Below, piece by piece: positions 8,151 to 15,798 of a stretch of 32,000 nt of DNA. The notes beneath the pieces were generated by a model, which saw only the letters and a list, made by a program, of their open reading frames with translations, searched no databases and had not been told where the DNA came from. The stretch spans positions 2,130,001 to 2,162,000 of the forward strand of contig NC_013849.1 in assembly GCF_000025505.1 (NCBI RefSeq). Direction: 5' to 3'. Both the position numbers and the translations under genes were made by a program. Every line of letters begins with the position of its first letter. Positions within the stretch are counted from its first letter, which is position 1. The DNA comes from Ferroglobus placidus DSM 10642. GTDB lineage: Archaea; Halobacteriota; Archaeoglobi; Archaeoglobales; Archaeoglobaceae.

Positions 8151-9083
8151 ATGAAGCTTCTGACGATAGGGGCTGGTAAAGCTGCAAACATCGTCGACGT
8201 ATTTGCTAAGAGGGGAGCTGAGGTTAACAAAGCAAAGCTTTTCAAATGCTACACTGTAAGCAACGAGCTTGAAGAGCTTAAAAAGTTGAGGAGCGTCCCG
8301 CAGGAAAATAGATTTTACGCCGTATGGAAAGAGGATCTTCCGGATTTGAGAAGCGTGATAAACAGCATAATGTCGAGATACGAGATTTACGAAGCATCCC
8401 TCGTTGTAACGGACTTAACCGACGACTTCAGCTTTTTTTCCTCAATTTCCCTCTTCGACGAGCTTGAGAGGAGTATGGAGGAGCCGAAGCTTTGTTTAGC
8501 TTTAATTCCGGATTTGTCTAATCCGGAAAAAATAGAGAAGGTTAGGAGGGGTCTGAGAACGCTCATGAAAACCTACGACTTCCTTTTCGTTTTCGAAAAG
8601 AGGAACAACTACGAGGATCTCATAGTCGATTCTTTCAACACGCTATCTCTCGTAGGAGAAATAGACGCGAGGAAAAAAACGAGCGGAGAAGTTGTTGTGG
8701 ACACGAGCGACTTTCTGAATTCCCTCGACAGAGAAGGTTTCACGATTCTCGGCTATTCGAAGAGAAAGATAAGCTTATTTTCGAGGATATTCAAGAGCGA
8801 TGCTGAGCTGAGGGGGGAGAGAACCAAGAGGATGGTCGATCTTCTCGAGGAATCTCTCTCAAATCTGAGTGCGAGAGGCGACATCGACTCAGCAAAAAAG
8901 GCTCTGATAGTTTTCTCCGGAAACCCCGAGGAGATAAGCATGGAAGGTCTTTTCACCTGCATAAAAAGGGTGGAGAAGATAAGCGGGGAGATGCTTGTAA
9001 GATACGGCGATTACCCCATTCCGAGGTCGAATTTCGTCAGCTCGGTAGTTTTATTTTCGGGAATTAAAAAATTCACGTTATGA
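8151..9083 (+). CDS. Hypothetical protein; FtsZ/tubulin-fold-like with degenerate GTP-binding motifs
   Basis: It is collinear by eye with FtsZ over the full length. Examples: KLLTIGAGKAANIV vs GVGGGGxNAV, VVTDLTDDFSF vs ITAGMGGGTGTG, VVVDTSDF..GFTILGYS vs INVDFADV..GxAxMGIG, and ALIVFSG..VVLFSGIK vs GVLINITG..VTVIATGF. The glycine-rich signatures are absent. Confidence 0.5.
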   Translation: MKLLTIGAGKAANIVDVFAKRGAEVNKAKLFKCYTVSNELEELKKLRSVPQENRFYAVWKEDLPDLRSVINSIMSRYEIYEASLVVTDLTDDFSFFSSISLFDELERSMEEPKLCLALIPDLSNPEKIEKVRRGLRTLMKTYDFLFVFEKRNNYEDLIVDSFNTLSLVGEIDARKKTSGEVVVDTSDFLNSLDREGFTILGYSKRKISLFSRIFKSDAELRGERTKRMVDLLEESLSNLSARGDIDSAKKALIVFSGNPEEISMEGLFTCIKRVEKISGEMLVRYGDYPIPRSNFVSSVVLFSGIKKFTL

Positions 9084-9930
9084 TTCTCGCTCCCCCTTCT
9101 TCAACAACTACCGTATGCTCCGCTTGAGAAACCAATCCGCCAGAGATTTCAGTCAAAACCGGATAGCTCCTCAAAATCTTTTCTCTGACGAGCTTTGCCA
9201 GAATTATTTCGGGAGCCTTCGTCAACCATCTCTTAGCGAAAGGGAGAGTTTTGTACTTCTCTATCTCTTTTAAAATTTCCCTCTCAATTCTCCCCCTAAC
9301 TGGTTTCTGCTTCAGGAGAGAGTATATCTCAACTTCGCTCCTCTCCGCCACTTTCCCTACTCCGTCGGTTACGAAAGGCTCGATAGCTATCACCGTTCCC
9401 TCTTCGAGCTTCACTCCCTTCTCTATTCCGTAGTTGTATATCGTCGGAGGGGCGTGAGCTACGTAGGGCAAAAATCCGTGTCCGGTCAGATTTATCACCG
9501 GCTTAAATCCGAACTCCTTTACCGTTTCTTCTATAACTCTTCCAATTTCGCTCGTCGAAACTCCAGCCTCTACTACTTCTATCGCCCTCTTCAAAGCCTC
9601 CTCTGCAGCTTTAACGAGGTCTTCGTTGTCTCCTAAATCGATTGTGAAGGCTGTGTCGGCTATGTATCCGTCCACGTGGGCGCCTATGTCTATCTTCACG
9701 AGGTCTCCTTCTTTGAAAGTTCTCTCATCGTTCTTTTTTGGCGTGCAGTGGGCAGCGTCGGAGTTTATCGAAATGTTGCAGGGAAATGCCGGCTCAGCGC
9801 CGAGCTCTCTAATTCTGTTTTCGACGAACTCCGCAACTTCCAAAAGCTTTACGCCCGGCTTAACTTTTTCTTTTACTTCCTCTCTGACTTTCCTCAAAAT
9901 TTCTCCAGCTTTCTCGTGCTTTTCGATCAA
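9073..9930 (-). CDS. map: Methionine aminopeptidase, type 2 (archaeal)
   Basis: M24A blocks are present: AFPCNISINSDAAHCTP, KIDIGAHVDGYIADTA, GHG, IEPF, AEHTV. The TTG start at 9930 is preceded by SD GAGGTGAT and overlaps the upstream stop (TTGA). Confidence 0.92.
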   Translation of the reverse strand: MIEKHEKAGEILRKVREEVKEKVKPGVKLLEVAEFVENRIRELGAEPAFPCNISINSDAAHCTPKKNDERTFKEGDLVKIDIGAHVDGYIADTAFTIDLGDNEDLVKAAEEALKRAIEVVEAGVSTSEIGRVIEETVKEFGFKPVINLTGHGFLPYVAHAPPTIYNYGIEKGVKLEEGTVIAIEPFVTDGVGKVAERSEVEIYSLLKQKPVRGRIEREILKEIEKYKTLPFAKRWLTKAPEIILAKLVREKILRSYPVLTEISGGLVSQAEHTVVVEEGGARIIT

Positions 9931-11030
9931 GGTATCACCTCTACGTAATCGCTAAATTTAGTTAAGACCTCACATCCGTTCTTTTTCACGAGAATCAGAT
10001 CTTCGACTCTAACCCCTCCCACTTTTTCGTAATACAGCCCCGGTTCCACCGTGAACACCATCCCGGATTTTAATTTCTCTTCAGAATTAAATATTTTCGG
10101 CTCTTCGTGCACTTCCAAACCCACTCCATGTCCTGTGGAGTGAATGAATCCCTCCTTAGCCTTCTGCCTTATAGTTTTATAGCCGTAGCTCTCCAAGACG
10201 TCGCAAACTTTATCGTGAATCTCTTTCGCTTCGACTCCTTCCTTAATTATTTTAATAGCTTCGTTCTTCGCCTCTACGCACGCCTTCAGCATTTCTGCTA
10301 TTTCTTCATCTTTCTCGATAATTACCGTCCTCGTAAAGTCTGAATAGTATCCGCTATCTCTGATCTTCGGAAAAATATCGAATATCACGTGCTTCTCTAT
10401 AATTCCCTCTCCCACGAAGTGGGGGTCTGCGCTTCTTTTTCCGGAAGTTATTATCGTATCTTCAGCCAACGCCCCTTTTTCGTAAACGAAAAGCTCTACC
10501 TTTCTCCTCAGCTCTTCAACTCTTCTCTCCTTTTTTACGATTTCGAGGAAGAATTTTAGAGCGTTCAAAGCTATTTCGCTCGCTTTTTTTATCTCTTTTA
10601 TCTCCCAAGACTTTTTAACGCTTCTCAGCTTCGAAAACGGGTTCGAGACTATCTCGATTTCGAAATGCTCTGAGAGTTGCTTGTACAAAAAGCTTGGAAA
10701 TTCCTTCGGCACGAGAATTTTTCTCGCTCTGTGCTCTTTCAAAATTTCAGCGTAAGTTTCCGCAAGAGCCTTTTCAACTCCAAGCTCCTTGACTTTCTCG
10801 TAAAATCCCACGTCAGATAACGAGACTATTTCCTTAACTCTGCTTTCCCTCTCAGCCCTCCTCCTCTCCATTTCGTGGACGACGAGAATTTCTGTGCCGT
10901 CCTCTCCTATTGCGTAAAAGGCTGGATCCGGAAGTTTCATACTCACTGCATAATAAAAATTCGGATCTTTACTGCTCGCATACATGACGAAAAAGTCCGC
11001 TTTATGCTTTTCCAGCAGTTCGTATATCAT
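9927..11030 (-). CDS. M24B-family Xaa-Pro aminopeptidase / prolidase (PepQ/PepP-like)
   Basis: C-terminal pita-bread domain motifs are present: DFTRT, HSTGHGVGLEVHEEP, FTVEPGLY, VRVEDLILV. I prefer ATG 11030 (MIYELLEKH) to TTG 11045. Confidence 0.88.
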   Translation of the reverse strand: MIYELLEKHKADFFVMYASSKDPNFYYAVSMKLPDPAFYAIGEDGTEILVVHEMERRRAERESRVKEIVSLSDVGFYEKVKELGVEKALAETYAEILKEHRARKILVPKEFPSFLYKQLSEHFEIEIVSNPFSKLRSVKKSWEIKEIKKASEIALNALKFFLEIVKKERRVEELRRKVELFVYEKGALAEDTIITSGKRSADPHFVGEGIIEKHVIFDIFPKIRDSGYYSDFTRTVIIEKDEEIAEMLKACVEAKNEAIKIIKEGVEAKEIHDKVCDVLESYGYKTIRQKAKEGFIHSTGHGVGLEVHEEPKIFNSEEKLKSGMVFTVEPGLYYEKVGGVRVEDLILVKKNGCEVLTKFSDYVEVIP

Positions 11031-11049
11031 GTGGCAAGAAGGCAAAGAA

Positions 11050-11059
11050 TTTATTTATT
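11050..11059. promoter_or_regulatory. Shared bidirectional TATA-like element TTTATTTATT (M24B peptidase / thiC)
   Basis: This is the same 10-mer as at 8119-8128. It lies about 24 nt from ATG 11030 (minus strand) and about 27 nt from ATG 11082 (plus strand), in a 51-bp intergenic region. Confidence 0.4.
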
Positions 11060-11081
11060 GTTTATCGTTAACCTCGAAAAT

Positions 11082-12368
11082 ATGGAAACTCTAATTGAAA
11101 TGACAAGGAATGGCAAACATCCCGAATGGTTGAAGAAAGTTGCGGAATACGAAGGAGTTGATTTAAACTTACTCGTCAAGCTCATCGCTAAAGGAGAAGT
11201 TGTAGTCCCGAGAAACGTTTTGAGAGACGAAGATTTTCAGGCTAAAGCCATAGGAAGGTTCATGTCCACGAAAGTTAACGCGAACGTCGGCACTTCGGCT
11301 GATTACGTTAACGTGGAGGAGGAGGTCGAAAAGGCGAGAGTGGCTGTTAAATACGGAGCAGATGCGGTCATGGATTTGAGCACCGGTGGAGACCTCGATT
11401 ACATAAGGAGAAGGATAATGGAAGCAGTTAACGTTCCTTTCGGCACCGTCCCTATATATCAGGCTGTGAGGGAAAAGAACGTGGAAGATTTGAGCGAGGA
11501 CGACTTCTTCAGAGTTGTCGAAAAGCACGCTAAGGATGGAGTCGACTTCATGACCATTCACGCTGGAGTTAACAAGATGAGTCTGGAGAGGTTGAAGAGG
11601 AGCAAAAGACTGATGGGAATCGTCAGCAGAGGAGGATCGATAATTGCGAAGTGGATTGAAACGACCGGAGAGGAAAATCCATATTACAAAGACTTCGACT
11701 ACCTCCTCGAAATTCTCAAAGAGTACGACGTTACAATAAGTCTTGGAGACGCTTTTCGTCCGGGATGCATAGCTGATGCCAGCGATAGGGCGAAGTTCAC
11801 AGAATTCATAATTCTGGGAGAACTCGTGGAAAAATGCAGGGAAGCCGGAGTTCAGGCTATGGTCGAAGGTCCGGGGCACGTGCCGATAGACGAAATAGAG
11901 ACGAGCGTAAAAGCTATGAAATTCGTGACGAAGAACGCTCCTCTCTACTTGCTCGGACCTCTCGTTACGGATATAGCTGCCGGATACGATCACATAGCCG
12001 CTGCTATAGGTGCGGCAATAGCGGGAATGCACGGAGCTGATTTCATCTGCTACGTCACGCCTTCGGAGCACCTCGCCCTTCCGACAGTTGAAGACGTTAG
12101 GGAGGGAGTTATAGCAGCTAAAATAGCTGCTCACGCAGCGGATTTGGTTAAGGAGGGGCAGAGGGAGAGAGCGAGAAAGAGAGACTACGAGATGAGCGTC
12201 GCAAGGAAAAATCTTGATTGGAGCAGGCAATTCGAGCTGAGCATAGATCCGGAAAAAGCAATGGAAGTGCATTCGAGAAGGAAGTCGAAGGGAGAAGCCT
12301 GCAGCATGTGCGGAGACCTTTGCGCGATAAAAATTTCAAGGGAAGTTCTCGAGAAAGCGAAGGATTAA
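11082..12368 (+). CDS. thiC: Phosphomethylpyrimidine synthase ThiC (radical SAM, thiamine pyrimidine branch)
   Basis: Blocks DLSTGG, TIHAGV, GPGHVP and the C-terminal CSMCGDLCA cluster motif are present. I place the true start at ATG 11082 (METLIEMTRNG). The track ORF start at 10875 runs antisense through the neighbouring gene. Confidence 0.93.
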   Translation: METLIEMTRNGKHPEWLKKVAEYEGVDLNLLVKLIAKGEVVVPRNVLRDEDFQAKAIGRFMSTKVNANVGTSADYVNVEEEVEKARVAVKYGADAVMDLSTGGDLDYIRRRIMEAVNVPFGTVPIYQAVREKNVEDLSEDDFFRVVEKHAKDGVDFMTIHAGVNKMSLERLKRSKRLMGIVSRGGSIIAKWIETTGEENPYYKDFDYLLEILKEYDVTISLGDAFRPGCIADASDRAKFTEFIILGELVEKCREAGVQAMVEGPGHVPIDEIETSVKAMKFVTKNAPLYLLGPLVTDIAAGYDHIAAAIGAAIAGMHGADFICYVTPSEHLALPTVEDVREGVIAAKIAAHAADLVKEGQRERARKRDYEMSVARKNLDWSRQFELSIDPEKAMEVHSRRKSKGEACSMCGDLCAIKISREVLEKAKD

Positions 12369-12830
12369 TGAGTAGCATTTTTCGCAAAACCTCACGGGCT
12401 TTAGATCCACCTCGTAAACGGAATTCGAGAACCTCATTACGCAGTGGTTGTTGCAGTGATCAAGTCCGAAGAGGTGACCGAGCTCGTGCATTATCTCCTT
12501 TTCGAGCCTCAAAATTAGGTTTTCCCCAACGAGTCTGAAGTACGAAACTACGGCGGTTCTGAGGAGTGGAATTGCTAAGCCAAAAACGAAGTTTAGCGGA
12601 TTCTCATAGAGGTCGACGGAGGTAACGATGACTTTAAAATATCCGTTTGCGCCCATTCTGACGATTTTGCTTGCGACGTATTGGTCTCTGAAGCTGTCGT
12701 ATGCTCGCTCGATAGGTAAATTTTCCTTCACAATCTCAAAATCCAGAAAAGGATAGATGTTTTCGAGCTTCTCTACAGCTTTCTCAACTATCTTCTCATC
12801 AGCCCTAACGACCGAAATTTTAACTATCAT
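12336..12830 (-). CDS. amzA: Archaemetzincin (zinc metallopeptidase AmzA)
   Basis: It carries the signature HELGHLFGLDHCNNHCVMRF...C..C (HExxHxxGxxxCxxxxCxM followed by CxxC). Its 3' end overlaps thiC convergently by 33 nt. Confidence 0.88.
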   Translation of the reverse strand: MIVKISVVRADEKIVEKAVEKLENIYPFLDFEIVKENLPIERAYDSFRDQYVASKIVRMGANGYFKVIVTSVDLYENPLNFVFGLAIPLLRTAVVSYFRLVGENLILRLEKEIMHELGHLFGLDHCNNHCVMRFSNSVYEVDLKPVRFCEKCYSLILRFLENFP

Positions 12831-12852
12831 TAAGGTATTTTTTTGGAGTGCC

Positions 12853-12871
12853 CAATAAAGAACTTTTTATT
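12853..12871. promoter_or_regulatory. Back-to-back TATA-like boxes (CTTTATTG on minus strand at 12853-12860; TTTTTATT on plus strand at 12864-12871)
   Basis: Each box is centred about 26-27 nt from its start codon (ATG 12830 minus strand, ATG 12897 plus strand). Neither has an SD, implying leaderless divergent transcripts. Confidence 0.45.
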
Positions 12872-12896
12872 CTGATAGTCCGACAAATAACTATTG

Positions 12897-13241
12897 ATGC
12901 TCGTGGAGAGCTACAGCTTTGGAAGAATTGTTGTAGGCGGAAGAGAGTATAGAAGCGATGTGGTTGTTGGAGACGAAATTATCGTCGAAAACTGGTGGAG
13001 AAAGGAAGGGCACAGGGTTTGCGTAGAAGACCTCGATTGGCTCGATAAAGTTGATGCGGAAGCGGTAATCTTCGGCACGGGAGCCTACGGAAGAGTGAAA
13101 GTTGATGAGGAAGTGGTGAGACTCCTTGAGGAGAAGGGAGTAGAAGTTATTATCGAAGAGAGCTCGAAAGCAGTGGAGAAGTTCAACGAGCTTAAAAAGA
13201 AGGGGAAAAAAGTCGTTTTAGCTATTCACCTAACTTGCTGA
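12897..13241 (+). CDS. Mth938-domain protein (DUF498; AAMDC/NDUFAF3 superfamily)
   Basis: It is collinear with remembered Mth938/AAMDC sequences, including the C-terminal block AVEKFNELKKKGKKVVLAIHLTC. I prefer ATG 12897 to TTG 12894. Confidence 0.85.
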   Translation: MLVESYSFGRIVVGGREYRSDVVVGDEIIVENWWRKEGHRVCVEDLDWLDKVDAEAVIFGTGAYGRVKVDEEVVRLLEEKGVEVIIEESSKAVEKFNELKKKGKKVVLAIHLTC

Positions 13242-13242
13242 G

Positions 13243-14226
13243 ATGAGGGAAGCGAAACTCTACAAAAATTTTGGGGATCACGCGAGATGCTTGGTCTGCT
13301 GGAGGTTGTGCAAGATAAAGGATTACGGGTACTGCAGGACGAGGGTGTACAAAGACGGGAAGCTCTACACCCTAACCTACGGAAACATCTCTGCATGCGA
13401 AAACAGACCTATGGAGATCAAGCCTTTCTTTCACTTCAAACCCGGAGACTACTCGATGACCTTCTCAACCTACTCCTGCAACCTCGACTGTCCTTGGTGC
13501 CAAAACTGGCACCTCTCCAAAACTCCGCCGAGAGAATCTTACGAGTACTTTCCCCCGGAAAAACTCGTGGAGTTAGCTTACAAAAACAGCAACGGCGTTT
13601 GCGCGAGTTTCAACGAACCCACTTTGCTCTTCGAATACCTCCTCGACCTCTTTCCGTTAGCCAAAAGTAAAGGCTTGCACACGACGATGGTTTCCAACGG
13701 CTACATGACTCCGAAAGCTTTGAAAATGCTTAGAGAAGCCGGTTTGGACGGAATGAACATCGATGTGAAGGGAGACGAAGACGTTTACACTCTCATCGGC
13801 GGAAAAGCGAAGTACGTCTGGAGAACGGCTGAGGAAGCAAAAAGGCTCGGCATACACTTGGAAATCGTTAATCTCGTTATTACAGACGTAAACGACAGAG
13901 AAGATGATTTTGAATGGCTCGTCGAGAATCACGTAAAGTACGTGGGAGAAGAAGTTCCTTTACACTTCACAAGGTACTTCCCGGCATACCTCTTCGACAA
14001 ACCTCCTACGAAAATTGAAAAGCTCGAAAAAGCTGCTGAAATTGCGAGGAAAGAGGGAGTGAAATTCGTTTACATCGGCAACGTTCCGGGGCACAGGCTT
14101 GAGAACACATTCTGTCCGAATTGCGGGAAACTTTTGATAAGAAGGTACTCTTACAGGGTTTTGGAAAACAAAATCAAAAACGGTAAATGCTTTAGTTGCG
14201 GCGAAAAGATCTACGGAGTTTTTTAA
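13243..14226 (+). CDS. AmmeMemoRadiSam-system radical SAM enzyme (PFL-activase-like)
   Basis: It has the radical SAM motif CNLDCPWCQNW, an N-terminal CLVCWRLCKIKDYGYCRTR motif and a C-terminal CPNCG..CFSCG ribbon. It starts 1 nt after the upstream stop. Confidence 0.8.
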   Translation: MREAKLYKNFGDHARCLVCWRLCKIKDYGYCRTRVYKDGKLYTLTYGNISACENRPMEIKPFFHFKPGDYSMTFSTYSCNLDCPWCQNWHLSKTPPRESYEYFPPEKLVELAYKNSNGVCASFNEPTLLFEYLLDLFPLAKSKGLHTTMVSNGYMTPKALKMLREAGLDGMNIDVKGDEDVYTLIGGKAKYVWRTAEEAKRLGIHLEIVNLVITDVNDREDDFEWLVENHVKYVGEEVPLHFTRYFPAYLFDKPPTKIEKLEKAAEIARKEGVKFVYIGNVPGHRLENTFCPNCGKLLIRRYSYRVLENKIKNGKCFSCGEKIYGVF

Positions 14227-14357
14227 GCGAAGGTGTGAACTTCGACTGGTTTGGAAAAGCAAACTCCGCCGTTGGCTACGTAATATTTGCAGAGCATTTT
14301 CGTGCAGTTTTCTTCCTTTACGAATAATTTTAATTTCTCGCACCAAATTCTTTCCAT
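14223..14357 (-). CDS. Candidate 44-aa cysteine-rich micro-protein
   Basis: Hand translation gives MERIWCEKLKLFVKEENCTKMLCKYYVANGGVCFSKPVEVHTFA, with 4 Cys. An A/T palindromic TATA-like element lies about 26 nt upstream of its ATG. It is absent from the ORF track because it is under 60 aa. Confidence 0.35.
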   Translation of the reverse strand: MERIWCEKLKLFVKEENCTKMLCKYYVANGGVCFSKPVEVHTFA

Positions 14358-14374
14358 GACAATTTTTCTTTGAC

Positions 14375-14389
14375 TTTAAAATTTTTAAG
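14375..14389. promoter_or_regulatory. A/T-rich quasi-palindromic TATA-like element TTTAAAATTTTTAAG
   Basis: It lies between the divergent starts 14357 (minus strand) and 14423 (plus strand). The spacing fits a leaderless minus-strand micro-ORF and a short-leader plus-strand gene. Confidence 0.35.
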
Positions 14390-14422
14390 TCTTTTTGTTC
14401 GATTAATCATTGGCGTAGTAGC

Positions 14423-14833
14423 ATGATACCAAGGGAGAATTTGATTCCTTGGAGAGAAATCGAGAAGTGGATGTGCGTTCACTGCGGCTACTGCTGCAAA
14501 GAGTACGATGTTCCTCTTTCTTTCGAAGAGGAGGAGAGGCTTAGAATCTTCGGTGACGTTTTCGTAAAAGGAAAACTCGGAGTTTACTTAAAGAAAAATG
14601 AGACGTGCGTTTTCAGAAAAAACGGGAGGTGTGCGATATACGAAATCAGACCGAAAGCTTGCGAAAAATATCCCTTCTTTTTCAGGGAAGAGGGAGAGAG
14701 GGAAGCTGAGTTCGAGTTTCAGGGGAAGAGATTTTTCGTCTACGTCGACAAAAACTGCGGAGGAATTGGAAAGGGGGAAGAAGTTGAAAGAGTAATAGAG
14801 AAAATTCTCAGAAGAATTCTTTTAGTCGTTTAG
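14423..14833 (+). CDS. YkgJ-family cysteine-cluster protein (UPF0153, CxxCxxCC)
   Basis: It has an N-terminal CVHCGYCC motif plus downstream C..RC and C residues typical of the putative Fe-S/zinc YkgJ family. Confidence 0.7.
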   Translation: MIPRENLIPWREIEKWMCVHCGYCCKEYDVPLSFEEEERLRIFGDVFVKGKLGVYLKKNETCVFRKNGRCAIYEIRPKACEKYPFFFREEGEREAEFEFQGKRFFVYVDKNCGGIGKGEEVERVIEKILRRILLVV

Positions 14834-15767
14834 CGGTCTCCTCCGGAGCTCTGTTTGTGTAAGCTTCGTCGTAAATCTTCGTTATCGCAAAAACGTCGCA
14901 CCAGTAGTATTTATCGAAGGGTGTTCTCGCCACTATGTCGAAGAGTGTTCCGAAGTAAGGCGTCTTTTTCAAACTTCCGAAGATTCCGAAGTTGAAGGAG
15001 TTGTACTCAGCTGAGTAGAACCTCAAGATCTTTACTATCCCTTCGCAGAGCTCTCTAAGCTCCTCTTCGTTCGCCTCCAAAATTGGCTTGTCGAGGTAAG
15101 CTGAGACGTGGTCGAAACCGCGAGGAGCGAAGGGAACGAACCAGAGCCACCTGCTTTTGCTCAGAACCAGATCTTCCCTCTCAGCCAAAACCTCCCAGAA
15201 CTGCTTTCCGTGATTTTCGTAGAAAGATTTTGCCGAGCTAACTATTCTGCTTTGGTAGTCCATCAGTTCTTCGGAAGCTATTAGCTGAATATGTGGATGA
15301 ACAACGCTGCTTCCGGCTGGCTTTAAGTAGTTCATCGTAATCGTGGCGTAGTCGATTTTTTCAGAAATCTCTTTCAAATATTCTATGGCTAATGTAAAGG
15401 AGTTGTAAAAGTCTTCAGCTCTGAATTCGTGGAGGTTTAAGTAGTGCTCCTTGCAAATTCTTATCACGAGAGAGTATCTTGCGTACGGCGAGATGTTGGC
15501 GAAGAGAATCGAGTCTCCTCTCCTTTTTAGATTTTTGTTGAGAACTTCTACGTCTCTCGCAGCAACTTTTTCAACAATGTCCTCGCAGAAGGGGCACGGC
15601 TTCTTCAAATCCTCTTCAAAGCTTCCTTTTGTAAAAGGCAAGGGCTTTTTCACGATTCTCGAAGGCTTTCCCGTCAGAGGGTCGAAGCGAATTTCCACCT
15701 CGACCTCTTCTTCTCTTCCTTCCATAGGGTTGAAAAGCCTGTATTTTTCGACCTTTTTTCGAAACAT
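14808..15767 (-). CDS. Galactose-1-phosphate uridylyltransferase-like nucleotidyltransferase (GalT branch of the HIT superfamily)
   Basis: It has the CPFCE zinc motif near the N-terminus and the active-site HPHIQ (HxHxQ). Its length and tandem half-barrel layout fit the family. Confidence 0.75.
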   Translation of the reverse strand: MFRKKVEKYRLFNPMEGREEEVEVEIRFDPLTGKPSRIVKKPLPFTKGSFEEDLKKPCPFCEDIVEKVAARDVEVLNKNLKRRGDSILFANISPYARYSLVIRICKEHYLNLHEFRAEDFYNSFTLAIEYLKEISEKIDYATITMNYLKPAGSSVVHPHIQLIASEELMDYQSRIVSSAKSFYENHGKQFWEVLAEREDLVLSKSRWLWFVPFAPRGFDHVSAYLDKPILEANEEELRELCEGIVKILRFYSAEYNSFNFGIFGSLKKTPYFGTLFDIVARTPFDKYYWCDVFAITKIYDEAYTNRAPEETAKRLKEFF

Positions 15768-15798
15768 GTTCTTCCGTAGGCTTTGAAGAATAAAACTG

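Noticed and set aside
10875-11081. N-terminal 69-codon extension of the thiC ORF
   Set aside because: The extension is antisense to the M24B peptidase 5' end and the promoter spacer. ThiC homology begins at METLIEMT (ATG 11082).
11031-11081. A TPP riboswitch upstream of thiC
   Set aside because: Only 51 bp separate the divergent start codons, and there is no conserved CUGAGA/ACCUGA-type core. The space is far too short for a THI element.
11169-12272. A 367-aa ORF antisense to thiC
   Set aside because: It lies entirely inside the strongly conserved ThiC reading frame. The translation looks like the compositional mirror of the sense strand, and no start context or promoter is visible.
12336-12368. 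Convergent 3' overlaps (thiC/amzA 33 nt; also 14808-14833, 30626-30679 and 6065-6072) as evidence of a special antisense regulation system
   Set aside because: These are consistent with general genome compaction, including the zero-gap convergent stops at 2390/2391 and 22192/22193. Nothing in the sequence singles them out. They are only worth testing with 3'-end mapping.
13960-14346. A 128-aa minus-strand ORF
   Set aside because: Most of it is antisense to the 3' end of the radical SAM gene. A different minus-strand frame (14223-14357) has the better start, promoter geometry and peptide.
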